Positions 30,501 through 40,240 of a stretch of 64,000 nt of DNA are shown here, in pieces. Origin of the DNA: a virus (Duplodnaviria; Caudoviricetes); the IMG/VR virus record IMGVR_UViG_3300027708_000016; one strand, 5' to 3'. A program made the translations under genes and the position numbers. The notes beneath the pieces were generated by a model. It made no database searches. It was not told the origin of the DNA and worked only from the letters and a program-made list of their open reading frames with translations. The number at the start of each line of letters is the position of its first letter. Position 1 is the first letter of the stretch.

Positions 30501-32903
30501 TTAGGCATTTTGTCCAGCTAAAAATCCAAAATATGAAGTTCCACCATCGGTAGTAAAAAATGATAATGTATCAATTTTTCCATTAGTTGAAGTAATAGTT
30601 GGAACAATACCACCCGACCATTTTACCGAAGCGGGCCATGTTACAATATACTGTGAACCATTGGCAACAAATTGTAAAGTGAATGAAAAAACTTTACCTG
30701 CTGGAGGTGGGTTATTAAAGTTTACTGAAACTGTACTTGTAAGATTTGTTTTGAAAAATGTTCCACTTGCTAAATTTAAATTTAAAATATTTGATGCAAT
30801 AACAGGACTTATTAAAGTTTCTGTTATTGTTGCAAAATCAGATTCGCCAGCAACAGTTAAAGTGTTTGTATTAATTGCAGCAACTGAACTTAAATTGTTT
30901 ACATATGTATAATTTGCAGAAATAGCTATTATATTAGATCCTAAAATAAATGTATTAGAAAGTGACGTAGAATTGTTAACTCCAGCAGCAATAAACGAAT
31001 ATGATCCTGTAGAAGTATTTGAACCATAATGTGGTTGAATTGATGAGTTTGGAAAAACAACAGTATATGGTTGAATACCAGATGTTATGTTTGTATAACT
31101 ATAAACAGAATTCCAATTTGCACTAGTATTATTAACATTACTATAAACGGAAAGGTTATTTGCCGACTGACTCCCAAAAGTTGAATAAACAGAATTCCAA
31201 TTTGAACTTAAACTATTAACCTGACTATAAACAGATTTATCATTTGCACTTAATCCGTTAAGTGTCGTGTAACCAGAAAGATTGTTAGCTGACTGTGTTC
31301 CAAAAGTGCTGTAAACCGAATTCCAGTTTGTGCTTAAATTATTAACGTTGCTGTAAACAGAATTCCAATTTGAACTAACATTATTAACATTGCTGTAAAC
31401 AGAAAGATTATTTGCTGACTGACTACCGAAGGTTGAATAGACAGAATTCCAGTTTGAACTAACATTATTAACATTGCTGTAAACAGAATTCCAGTTTGTG
31501 CTTAAACTATTGACATCACTATAAACGGAAAGATTATTTGCTGATTGTGTTCCAAAAGTGCTGTAAACAGAATTCCAGTTTGTGCTTAAACTATTGACAT
31601 CACTATAAACGGAAAGATTATTTGCTGATTGTGTTCCAAAAGTACTATAAACGGAAAGATTATTTGCTGACTGAGTGCCAAAGGTTGAGTAGACAGAAAG
31701 GTTGTTTGCCGACTGACTACCAAAAGTTGAATAAACCGAATTCCAGTTTGTGCTTAAACTATTAACCTGACTATAGACAGATTTATCATTTGCACTTAAT
31801 CCATTAAGTGTCGTGTAACCAGAAACGTTATTTGCCGATTGATTACCAAAGGTGCTGTAAACGGAATTCCAGTTTGAACTAACATTATTAACATTACTAT
31901 AAACAGAAAGGTTATTTGCTGACTGTGTACCAAAAGTTGAATAGACAGAAAGGTTGTTTGCTGACTGTGTTCCAAAGGTGCTGTAAACATAATTCCAGTT
32001 TGTGCTTAAAGAACCAACGTTACTATAAACAGAAAGGTTGTTTGCTGACTGTGTTCCAAAAGTTGAATAAACCGAATTCCAGTTTGTGCTTAAACTATTA
32101 ACCTGACTATAGACAGATTTATCATTTGCACTCAATCCGTTAATTGTAGTGTAACCAGAAACGTTATTTGCCGATTGATTACCAAAGTTTGAATAAACAG
32201 AATTCCAGTTTGTACTTAAAGAACCAACGTTACTGTAAACAGAAAGGTTATTTGCTGATTGAGTTCCAATTGTAGTGTAACCAGAAAGGTTGTTTGCTGA
32301 TTGAGTTCCAAAAGTGCTGTAAACAGAATTCCAGTTTGTGCTTAAATTATTAACCTGACTATAGACAGAAAGATTATTTGCTGATTGATTATAAAAAGCT
32401 GAACTTAATCCATTAACATTACTATAAACAGAATTCCAATTTGCACTAGTTTTAATTACTAATGTATCAACATTATTGATATTTGATGAATTATTTACAA
32501 CAAATGTTGTAACTTGGTTTTGATAGCCTTGAATGCTACTACTTGAATTTACGAAAGTATAAGCAGCTTGCCATAAAGAACTTAAAAGATTAACATCACT
32601 GTAAACGGAAACGTTATTTGCCGATTGAGAAACAAAAGTAATATAAATAGAAGATTGTGAAAAATATGAACTATAAACACTGTTCCAATTTGGATAATTA
32701 GAAACAACACCAGATATTTGATTAAAAACTGTCTGTGTTGCTAGAGAAACTGGTTTATTTAAGTCGCTAGTATTGTTTACTGCGCTTAATCCCATATCAT
32801 TTTTTGTTAAAATTACGGTTCCAGAATAGCCATTTACCGTATTTACATTATTATCGTAAATTACTATTGTATCGTTGTCTACTGTTACATATGGGTCGCT
32901 CAT
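30501..32903 (-). CDS. Tail-fibre-like protein with a long 14-residue tandem-repeat stalk
   Basis: Fibre motif GLSAVNNTSDLNKPVS; central STFGTQSANNLSVY / SNVNSLSTNWNSVY repeats; C-terminal VTWPASVKWSGG...IDTLSFFTTDGG domain. Confidence 0.75.
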   Translation of the reverse strand: MSDPYVTVDNDTIVIYDNNVNTVNGYSGTVILTKNDMGLSAVNNTSDLNKPVSLATQTVFNQISGVVSNYPNWNSVYSSYFSQSSIYITFVSQSANNVSVYSDVNLLSSLWQAAYTFVNSSSSIQGYQNQVTTFVVNNSSNINNVDTLVIKTSANWNSVYSNVNGLSSAFYNQSANNLSVYSQVNNLSTNWNSVYSTFGTQSANNLSGYTTIGTQSANNLSVYSNVGSLSTNWNSVYSNFGNQSANNVSGYTTINGLSANDKSVYSQVNSLSTNWNSVYSTFGTQSANNLSVYSNVGSLSTNWNYVYSTFGTQSANNLSVYSTFGTQSANNLSVYSNVNNVSSNWNSVYSTFGNQSANNVSGYTTLNGLSANDKSVYSQVNSLSTNWNSVYSTFGSQSANNLSVYSTFGTQSANNLSVYSTFGTQSANNLSVYSDVNSLSTNWNSVYSTFGTQSANNLSVYSDVNSLSTNWNSVYSNVNNVSSNWNSVYSTFGSQSANNLSVYSNVNNVSSNWNSVYSNVNNLSTNWNSVYSTFGTQSANNLSGYTTLNGLSANDKSVYSQVNSLSSNWNSVYSTFGSQSANNLSVYSNVNNTSANWNSVYSYTNITSGIQPYTVVFPNSSIQPHYGSNTSTGSYSFIAAGVNNSTSLSNTFILGSNIIAISANYTYVNNLSSVAAINTNTLTVAGESDFATITETLISPVIASNILNLNLASGTFFKTNLTSTVSVNFNNPPPAGKVFSFTLQFVANGSQYIVTWPASVKWSGGIVPTITSTNGKIDTLSFFTTDGGTSYFGFLAGQNA
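31100..32450 (-). repeat. Intragenic tandem array of 42-bp (14-codon) units
   Basis: Two alternating unit families with mainly synonymous third-position differences; about 30 units; boundaries approximate. Confidence 0.85.
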
Positions 32904-33241
32904 GATTTTGTTATAGTTGGGTTAATTTTCCAAGTTCCTGACCAAAATGTTTTAATTTCACCAGTTTGTAGTGTTACCTTTAAATCCCATACATAATTAC
33001 CTATGGGAGCGTTAATTACCTGCGGTGGAAAATAAAAAAACCCTTGTGTTGGGTTAGATATGATTATACCACCATTAGTAGAAGAGAAAGTTATTACTGC
33101 TGGAGCATCATATTGAGTTCTAACCTGCATTTCAATGTATGCATTAGTTAAGTCTAGTGATGAAGCATTTCTATAGATGGTCAAACTTGGTATTCCTTTC
33201 CAAGTTTCTTTTGTTCTCTGATCGGGTATGGCGTAACTCAT
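32900..33241 (-). CDS. BppU N-terminal-like Ig-fold virion protein
   Basis: LDLTNAYIEMQVR...GNYVWDLKVT...KTFWSGTWKINPTIT. Confidence 0.55.
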   Translation of the reverse strand: MSYAIPDQRTKETWKGIPSLTIYRNASSLDLTNAYIEMQVRTQYDAPAVITFSSTNGGIIISNPTQGFFYFPPQVINAPIGNYVWDLKVTLQTGEIKTFWSGTWKINPTITKS

Positions 33242-33291
33242 TACCCTATATTTATCTTAAAAAAATATCAATTCGGGATTAATATTTATTA

Positions 33292-33837
33292 TCAAGAATA
33301 AGTTTGTTCTTGAAAGATAATATTGTTATTAATTTGGAAATCTTGTAATATTTTTTCTCCTTGTGAAAGATTATCAGGAGAATGTACAAAAATACCTAAA
33401 ATACACTGTTTTTGTATATTAACCGCATCTTTATATGTGCTTAAAAATGGAACATAACTATCTCTTGAAAGAACACCATATCCAGCTTCGTTTTCTACTA
33501 ATACATCAACAAACCCAGATGCATTAAAAATTTCAGGTGCATGAAGTACAATATAATTGTTATTTTCGATAGTGTAATTTGTTACTAATGAGGCATTAAA
33601 ACCTGGATTTAATGCGGATAAATGATTTGCTGAAAACGGATTAAAATAACTAGTAGTATTTGGAAGTATATTTGGGTTTGATCCACTTAAATAAACATTT
33701 CTAACATTAATGAAATTAGCTCCCAGAACATTTATATAAAGATTTGTTTCTGTAGGAGATAATGCAGATTGTAATATAATTGTAGATGGATAGACATCAT
33801 ATAGCCTAGGTCTAGCGTTTATGATAAAATGATCCAT
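33292..33837 (-). CDS. Hypothetical protein, IPT/TIG-like Ig fold
   Basis: ARPRLYDVYP...INVLGANF...GFVDVLVENEAGYG. Confidence 0.45.
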   Translation of the reverse strand: MDHFIINARPRLYDVYPSTIILQSALSPTETNLYINVLGANFINVRNVYLSGSNPNILPNTTSYFNPFSANHLSALNPGFNASLVTNYTIENNNYIVLHAPEIFNASGFVDVLVENEAGYGVLSRDSYVPFLSTYKDAVNIQKQCILGIFVHSPDNLSQGEKILQDFQINNNIIFQEQTYS

Positions 33838-33843
33838 ACACTA

Positions 33844-35706
33844 TTATGTTGCTGGTGTTTCTATTCCTGCTGCTGGTGTTTCTACCCCTGCTGCTGGTGT
33901 TTCTACCCCTGCTGCTGGTGTTTCTGCTCCTGTTGCTGGCGGTGTTCCGAAATCTGGTATTGCTGATGCGCCACCACCACCACCTATTGCTGGTGGTGCT
34001 CCTGCTTCTGCTCCGAGGCTTCCTGATGCCTCTTCTGCTGCTTCTAGGTGCTCTCTCCAGTTAGGACCTGTCTGACTGATTTGTGCAAGCTCCCAAGTAA
34101 GTGCTGCATCTTTTCTGAGCCATTCCATGTTTTCAGATATTTTGGAATCATTGAGACCAAGATAATGTCTTTGACAGAATGTTTTAGACATTGATTCGTT
34201 CTGAGATAGATTATTAAAATTGTTATATTTCAACTCAAACTCTTGATTTTTTCTCATCGCAAAATAATTGGATGGAGGATTGAAGTGGGTATCAAAATAC
34301 GACTCGTGTAATTTATATTCATTCCACCATCCACGAAGTTTAAGGTGAGTTATGAATGAATCTTTAAATGCCTTTGTAAATTGACCTTGGACACGAACAA
34401 TAAATTTTGCAAAACGCAATTCTTCTCTTAAAATTTCTGCGCCATCTTTATATCCTTCGTCGGGATTCATACGAGTTAATGGTACTTTAAGACTCTTATA
34501 AAGTTTGTTTACAAAGTATGTTAAATCTTCTATCTTTCCTAGGTTTGCTCCACCATTTAATAACTCCACATCACTGCCACTTTCTCCTGCTCTTTTGGCA
34601 AACCAGAAAGAATCCAACATGGACTGTGGATCATAAACATTACCTGCGCCCTTGCCACTCTGGGAGTCATAGGTCTTCTTTGACCAATACGATTGCATAA
34701 GTTGTCTAAGATAAGCTTCTGCTTTTGCTGGTGGCATATTACCAACATCAATTTTAAATTTTAAACGTTCTGGTGCACGAACCATACGATAGATAACAAC
34801 TGCATCTTCAAGGAGTGATACCTGTTTATAAGCACGACGAGCATTTTCTATAAAGGGAATCTTTATGGTCATGTCCTCGTTCCACATTCCAGAATTAACA
34901 TAAGTAATTTGGTTTCCTTGGAATGTTACCAATTGCTGCTGCATTGCATTTGCAGGTGAATTATTCATCTGCTGTGGTTGAGTTGGGTTGTTGCTACCAG
35001 CTTGATTTTGCTGTAAATTAATTGGTTTTGAGAAAATGAAATTTTCAATTACATTATTCTGAACGCTATCATAAACTGGATTGATTAGTTCACCAGGTAT
35101 GTTTAACACACCGATAATACCCAAATCTCTTTTCTTTTCATGGACTACGTTTTCAAAGAAAATTTCTCCTTCAACTAATAATTGTCTGCAATACCCCCAA
35201 CCTTTATGCTCAAGATCAAACACCTGAATGAACTTGTAAAACTCTCTTTCAATTTCACTTCTTTGAGAAGAATCCAACTTTCCAAAAGAAGAAAATGAAA
35301 TTCTTATAAATTTATCTTCATCGTCTTTGTTTAAAAAATCATCACAAATTTCATCTAAGCAATCACCGATTTCTGCATACGATGCCATTCTACGGTATTC
35401 TGCAATTCTTCTTATCTTATCGGTATCTACACTGGCATAAATGTATTTGTGGTAAGCGTGATCCGAACCAAATGAGCCTGGTGTATAATTGTCGTTTTGA
35501 CGAAGATGCGGTCCCGTAATAACAGACTGCTGCATGACTTTATATTCATGTCTCTTTGATAATCTATCGAATAATTCATATCTAGGATTGCCTTCGTCTG
35601 CATCTACTGCGTCCTGTATATATGGTAATCTTGATAAGATAGATTGGATAAAGTTTCTCTGTCCATTATCTGGCTGTCTTTGTGCTGTTGGTAAAATATC
35701 AGGCAT
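33844..35706 (-). CDS. gp20: Portal vertex protein (T4 gp20-like)
   Basis: EYRRMASYAEIGDCLDEI; LEDAVVIYRMVRAPERLKFKIDVGNMPPAKAEAYL; YFVNKLYKSLKVP; EILREELRFAKF. Confidence 0.97.
   Translation of the reverse strand: MPDILPTAQRQPDNGQRNFIQSILSRLPYIQDAVDADEGNPRYELFDRLSKRHEYKVMQQSVITGPHLRQNDNYTPGSFGSDHAYHKYIYASVDTDKIRRIAEYRRMASYAEIGDCLDEICDDFLNKDDEDKFIRISFSSFGKLDSSQRSEIEREFYKFIQVFDLEHKGWGYCRQLLVEGEIFFENVVHEKKRDLGIIGVLNIPGELINPVYDSVQNNVIENFIFSKPINLQQNQAGSNNPTQPQQMNNSPANAMQQQLVTFQGNQITYVNSGMWNEDMTIKIPFIENARRAYKQVSLLEDAVVIYRMVRAPERLKFKIDVGNMPPAKAEAYLRQLMQSYWSKKTYDSQSGKGAGNVYDPQSMLDSFWFAKRAGESGSDVELLNGGANLGKIEDLTYFVNKLYKSLKVPLTRMNPDEGYKDGAEILREELRFAKFIVRVQGQFTKAFKDSFITHLKLRGWWNEYKLHESYFDTHFNPPSNYFAMRKNQEFELKYNNFNNLSQNESMSKTFCQRHYLGLNDSKISENMEWLRKDAALTWELAQISQTGPNWREHLEAAEEASGSLGAEAGAPPAIGGGGGASAIPDFGTPPATGAETPAAGVETPAAGVETPAAGIETPAT
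33849..33939 (-). repeat. 21-bp tandem repeat encoding (ETPAAG[V/I]) in the portal C-terminal tail
   Basis: About four copies of GCTGGTGTTTCTACCCCTGCT-like units. Confidence 0.8.
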
Positions 35707-35744
35707 TTTTAATATTTAGTCTTAAAAAGTATTTATCAAGCATA

Positions 35745-35772
35745 TTGACTTAAAAACAACTTATGATAAATT
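35745..35772 (+). promoter_or_regulatory. Sigma70-like promoter TTGACT-N16-TAAATT
   Basis: The -10 box ends 6 nt before the ATG at 35779. Confidence 0.65.
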
Positions 35773-35778
35773 CTATAT

Positions 35779-36714
35779 ATGGACAAATACGTAATTTTTC
35801 ACATTGATGGTGGTTGTGGTAAAAATATTGTTGCTACTGCTGTAGTAAAATCAATTAAAGCTGCTTATCCAGATCATAAACTTATAGTTGTAACAGCATG
35901 GCCCGATGTATTTGCACATAATCCAAATATTCATAGAGTTTATAGGTTTGGAAATATTCCTTATTTTTATGAGGATTATATAGATAATAAAGAGTCTGTT
36001 ATTTTAAGATCAGAACCATATCATTCTGGTGACTTACTATATAAAAGAAAATCATTAACTGAAATTTGGTGTGACGTATTTAATATTCCATGTATTGATA
36101 AAAAACCAGAAATTTTCTTAGCCGAAAGAGAATTATTATTTGCAGAAAATCAATTACAAAAGCAAGGACCTATCTTATTGATACAATCATCTGGTGGTGC
36201 AGAGCAACAAGGTCATCCTTATTCTTGGTCAAGAGATTTACCACCCGTTTTTGCTCAAGAAATAGTTAATTCTGTAAAAGATAAATTTAATAAAATTCTC
36301 CATGTACGAAGAGATAATCAGCCCGAATTACAAAATACAATAAAACTTACTGACGGTTTTAGAAATTTATTTTGCTACATTGCTCATTCTGATAAAATAT
36401 TGGGAATTGATTCTTTTGTTCAACATGCTGCTGCTGCATTTAATAAAAAAGCAACAGTTGGATGGATTTCAAATTCCCCCGTTGTGTTTGGTCATGAAAT
36501 ACACGATAACATCTTAGCATCTGGCGCAAAATCATTTAGACATCGAATAGATTCATACTTAGAAGAAGAAGATTGGACGGGTGGAAAATTTCATGAATGT
36601 CCATATGACAATATCAATAATCTTTTTGATAAGGATCAGTTTATTGAATCTCTTTTGGGATCAAAAAATGATTTAGTTTTTGACTTTGCCGATCAACCAA
36701 AAATTGTATTTTAA
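35779..36714 (+). CDS. GT9-like (GT-B) glycosyltransferase
   Basis: GGCGKNIVATAVVKSIKAAYP; SRDLP; IAHSDKILGIDSFVQHAAAAF. Confidence 0.7.
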   Translation: MDKYVIFHIDGGCGKNIVATAVVKSIKAAYPDHKLIVVTAWPDVFAHNPNIHRVYRFGNIPYFYEDYIDNKESVILRSEPYHSGDLLYKRKSLTEIWCDVFNIPCIDKKPEIFLAERELLFAENQLQKQGPILLIQSSGGAEQQGHPYSWSRDLPPVFAQEIVNSVKDKFNKILHVRRDNQPELQNTIKLTDGFRNLFCYIAHSDKILGIDSFVQHAAAAFNKKATVGWISNSPVVFGHEIHDNILASGAKSFRHRIDSYLEEEDWTGGKFHECPYDNINNLFDKDQFIESLLGSKNDLVFDFADQPKIVF

Positions 36715-37337
36715 TTGATATTTGATTCATATTGTTTATCTTGAATAATAGAATTAAATGGGAATAGTGGCTTTACGATATATCTTCCTTCTAAATTATA
36801 ATTGTAACTCATATGCTGCATGATTTTTGCATAGAAATTATCTATTTCCATTCCTGATGCTTCCGCCATATAAATAATGTCATCAAAAACCTTTTTGGAA
36901 ATTGCATACGAATGTGTTGTTACTATTTGATTTCTGAACATTGATTCGATCAACCCACCAAAATACAAAAAATCCCAATCCTTGTTTAAGGTTTCCTGAT
37001 TATTTAGAAGAACTTCATTAGGATCGTTTAAGAATTTTATATCATCTTCAAATATAAGAATCTTCTTGTATGAATTTGTTTTTGCATCATTTACAATATT
37101 TAAATGAGATGATCTACAACCTAATGCACCAAGAACATACTTTGTGTCTTGCTTGTTAAAATTTCTAAACAAACTAAAACTTGGTGGTAATTGATTATAA
37201 GATGTTGCTGATATCCTTTGAAAATTTTTTATATTAAAGGTTTTAAATTGATTTAAAATATTTTCGTTGCGTTGTTTATCATTATCTAAATTAATGTAAT
37301 AAATTTTATCGAAATATGTATCTATTAAAGATTTCAT
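36711..37337 (-). CDS. Glycosyltransferase family 25-like
   Basis: IYYINLD...R; GALGCRSSHL; ILIFEDD; WDFLYFG; THSYAIS. Confidence 0.85.
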   Translation of the reverse strand: MKSLIDTYFDKIYYINLDNDKQRNENILNQFKTFNIKNFQRISATSYNQLPPSFSLFRNFNKQDTKYVLGALGCRSSHLNIVNDAKTNSYKKILIFEDDIKFLNDPNEVLLNNQETLNKDWDFLYFGGLIESMFRNQIVTTHSYAISKKVFDDIIYMAEASGMEIDNFYAKIMQHMSYNYNLEGRYIVKPLFPFNSIIQDKQYESNIN

Positions 37338-37343
37338 ACTTTT

Positions 37344-37371
37344 ATCATAACGTATTATGGATACATGTCAA
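37344..37371 (-). promoter_or_regulatory. Sigma70-like promoter TTGACA-N16-TATGAT (GT25)
   Basis: The -10 box ends 6 nt before the ATG at 37337. Confidence 0.72.
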
Positions 37372-37378
37372 ATAGAAC

Positions 37379-37406
37379 TTGATTTACTTGGTTTACATGT
37401 TAAATT
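37379..37406 (+). promoter_or_regulatory. Sigma70-like promoter TTGATT-N16-TAAATT (sulfotransferase-radical SAM)
   Basis: The -10 box ends 7 nt before the ATG at 37414. Confidence 0.6.
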
Positions 37407-37413
37407 TATAATA

Positions 37414-38238
37414 ATGAAAAACATATTTTTTAATTCTTCCATGCCTCGTAGCATGAGTACATTGTTTCAATGTATATTGAATCAAAATCCAGAGATAAAT
37501 GCAACCCAAACCGATCCAGTTTTAGAGTATCTATACGGCGCAAGAATGAATTATACTTCAACGCTTGAAGTTAAAGCAATGAATGATGATTTAGCAAAAA
37601 AGACATGGAGAGGTTTTTGTTGGGGTGGATTAGAAGGATATGCTAATTCTTATACAGACAAACCAAATATTTGTATCAAGACTCGTGGAGGAACAATTCA
37701 TTATCGTTGGTTTGAATCCTTTATGCCATACAAACCCAAAATGATTTGTATGGTAAGAAATTTAAAAAGTATTTTTTCTTCTATGGAAAAAATCTACAGA
37801 AATAGTCAAGAATATCATCAGGCTATACAGAATCATTCGGAAATGAAAGGAACTTCTACTGCCAAGAGAATTGATGCTTGGATTGCTTCGCCACCTGTTG
37901 GATTAGCATTGGAGAGACTTCAACAAACTTTCTTAGAGGGAATCAACAAAGAAGTTTTATATATTAGAGCAGAAGACTTAACCAGTTATCCTGATAGAGA
38001 GATGGATAAAGTTTATCAGTATCTTAATTTAGAAACTTTTAAACACGACTTCGATAATGTTGAACAGACTATTAAGGAAGATGATTCAGTTTATGGTTTA
38101 ACTTCTGATCTTCATACTATTAAACGTAAAGTTCAACCTTTATCTGCTGATTATAATAATATTTTAGGAAAGCAAGTTTGTGATTGGATTGATAACAATT
38201 TTGCTTGGTATCAGCAAGGATTTGGCTATACTAAATAA
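37414..38238 (+). CDS. Sulfotransferase family protein
   Basis: SMPRSMSTL; VRNLKSIFSS; IRAEDL. The ATG at 37414 is preferred to the track start at 37357. Confidence 0.75.
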   Translation: MKNIFFNSSMPRSMSTLFQCILNQNPEINATQTDPVLEYLYGARMNYTSTLEVKAMNDDLAKKTWRGFCWGGLEGYANSYTDKPNICIKTRGGTIHYRWFESFMPYKPKMICMVRNLKSIFSSMEKIYRNSQEYHQAIQNHSEMKGTSTAKRIDAWIASPPVGLALERLQQTFLEGINKEVLYIRAEDLTSYPDREMDKVYQYLNLETFKHDFDNVEQTIKEDDSVYGLTSDLHTIKRKVQPLSADYNNILGKQVCDWIDNNFAWYQQGFGYTK

Positions 38239-38242
38239 TTAT

Positions 38243-39238
38243 ATGTACAATGTAACAGACATAAGGGACATACACATTGAATTAACTAGTAAATGTAATG
38301 CTAGATGTCCAATGTGTTCTCGCACACGTTTAATTCAGTCTGGTAAAGAAGATTTATTACGAGATGAAATAACATTAGAATTATTTAAAAAATGGTTTTC
38401 TGTGGATTTTGTTAAGCAATTAACAGGATTAAGAATGTGTGGTAATTTAGGAGATGCTGTTATGGCAAAGGATACAGTTGAAGTTTTTCAATATTTGAGA
38501 GAAAACAATTCGAATATGAATCTTAAATTGTTTACAAACGGAGGAGCAAGAGATGATAATTGGTGGAAAAAACTTGCAGAAACTAACGTCGAAGTTATTT
38601 TTGCTATTGATGGTTTAGAAGATACAAACAAACTTTATAGAGTTAATACTGTTTGGGAAAAAATTATGCACAATGCAAAAGTTTTTATTGATGCTGGTGG
38701 AACTGCTTCTTGGTATATGCTTGTTTTTAAACACAACGAACATCAAGTAGATGAATGTAGAGCATTAGCTTATAGTATGGGTTTTAAAAAATTTGATCCA
38801 AAACATTCCAATCGTTTTGGATCTGGATCTGGTTTAGCTGTATATGATAGTGATGGTGTTTATACGCATACAATAGAGCCTACAACATATAGTTTAAATA
38901 TAAAGGATAAAGAAAAAAAGATTAATACTGGCAACAATATTGATTGTAAATCTTTAAGGAAAAAAAGTATATATGTAGCAGCAAGTGGAATTATAACTCC
39001 ATGTTGTTGGACTGAATTATCTAAAAAAGCAATGCATGATAAACGTAAAGAATATGAAAACAAAATTGGTTCTTATTACAGTTTACATGATTACACTTTA
39101 GAAGAAATTCTCAACAAAGATTCATTCAATAATATTGCAAAATTATGGACAAACGAACCTTTATCTATTTGCAGTAGTCAGTGTGGTAATTTTAAAAAAT
39201 GTGAATCACAATTTATTGAAAGAGTCTCAAACTCTTAA
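38243..39238 (+). CDS. Radical SAM protein with C-terminal Cys-rich (SPASM/twitch-like) domain
   Basis: CNARCPMC (CxxxCxxC); GNLGDA; FTNGG; C-terminal CKS...ITPCCW...CSSQC. Confidence 0.88.
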   Translation: MYNVTDIRDIHIELTSKCNARCPMCSRTRLIQSGKEDLLRDEITLELFKKWFSVDFVKQLTGLRMCGNLGDAVMAKDTVEVFQYLRENNSNMNLKLFTNGGARDDNWWKKLAETNVEVIFAIDGLEDTNKLYRVNTVWEKIMHNAKVFIDAGGTASWYMLVFKHNEHQVDECRALAYSMGFKKFDPKHSNRFGSGSGLAVYDSDGVYTHTIEPTTYSLNIKDKEKKINTGNNIDCKSLRKKSIYVAASGIITPCCWTELSKKAMHDKRKEYENKIGSYYSLHDYTLEEILNKDSFNNIAKLWTNEPLSICSSQCGNFKKCESQFIERVSNS

Positions 39239-39486
39239 TATATCCACTGAATACTATCTGCACTAAGAGTAAGCAATTCAGTAGCACGAGCAAGTATACT
39301 TTCATTTGTCCAAGCACTTGCTGCTGCATATTCTGTGGAACCATCCCAAACAACAAAAGAAAGAGGTACTTTTTTAATATGTGCAATAATTCTTTGCTTA
39401 GATGGTAAATCTCTTATTGATGTTAAAGCTAATTCGGATTCTTCTATAGTAATAGTATTACTGGGTAAATTGATTGTTAAACTCAT
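39235..39486 (-). CDS. Hypothetical protein
   Basis: 83 aa; TATAAATA 6 nt before the ATG. Confidence 0.6.
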   Translation of the reverse strand: MSLTINLPSNTITIEESELALTSIRDLPSKQRIIAHIKKVPLSFVVWDGSTEYAAASAWTNESILARATELLTLSADSIQWIY

Positions 39487-39492
39487 ATATAC

Positions 39493-39500
39493 TATTTATA
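39493..39500 (-). promoter_or_regulatory. T4-type late promoter TATAAATA
   Basis: 6 nt before the ATG at 39486. Confidence 0.65.
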
Positions 39501-39517
39501 CAATTTTTGTTTAATTG

Positions 39518-40237
39518 TTAAATATTTTTTTCTTTAATTGTTGTTTGAAACCAAAAATCATCTTTCAAGGCAAGTTTTACTTCATTATAATTTAAAAGTT
39601 GTTCTTCTAAAGTATATATATTTTGTTTTAATATGGTGGGAGTTACGTTTTTATACCTTTCTTTAAATTCTGTTATAAATTCATATTCTTTTTGAATATT
39701 AAATTTATTTTCAATTAAATCTTCGTAGTATACTTGTAAAAAACTAATATTATTTTGTTCAAAATATGTACTATATTTTTTGTGTATTGCTTCCCGTTTA
39801 TCCGTTTCGTAATAATATTTTTCAACATCAAAATTAAATTTAATATTGGTACTATTCAGTAATTGTTTGTTTGTTTCTGTAATACAAAAATGCTTTGTTA
39901 TACGTGCTTTTTGTAGAGAGAGATTTTTTAAAAATTTATTTTTTCTTTCCAGAAAAATAACTTTTAGGTTTTTATCTTTTATATACTCCTCTATACTAAA
40001 ATTATATTTCTTTTCGAGAGCTAACGCTTGGGAAAAAGTTAGTTTGAATCCTGTAAATAACTTTTTAGTATGTAAGTTACTAATTATTTTTTGAGGAGTA
40101 TTATCTACTGTAATAATATCATTTAAATTTCTAATTAAAAAAATTTCAGGATGACACCAAACATTGTTTTGTTGGTTTAATAAATTTTTAATTAAATTAC
40201 TTCCACACCTTGTATCACTAAATATTATAAATTTCAT
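39518..40237 (-). CDS. Stf0-like sulfotransferase
   Basis: SDTRCGSNL; CHPEIF; FLERKNKFLKNLS; VYYEDL. Confidence 0.75.
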   Translation of the reverse strand: MKFIIFSDTRCGSNLIKNLLNQQNNVWCHPEIFLIRNLNDIITVDNTPQKIISNLHTKKLFTGFKLTFSQALALEKKYNFSIEEYIKDKNLKVIFLERKNKFLKNLSLQKARITKHFCITETNKQLLNSTNIKFNFDVEKYYYETDKREAIHKKYSTYFEQNNISFLQVYYEDLIENKFNIQKEYEFITEFKERYKNVTPTILKQNIYTLEEQLLNYNEVKLALKDDFWFQTTIKEKNI

Positions 40238-40240
40238 TTA

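Noticed and set aside
31100-32450. Tandem repeats as a CRISPR array or diversity-generating retroelement
   Set aside because: They are in-frame coding units with synonymous variation; there are no unique spacers, cas genes or reverse transcriptase, and no adenine-specific template/variable pair was seen.
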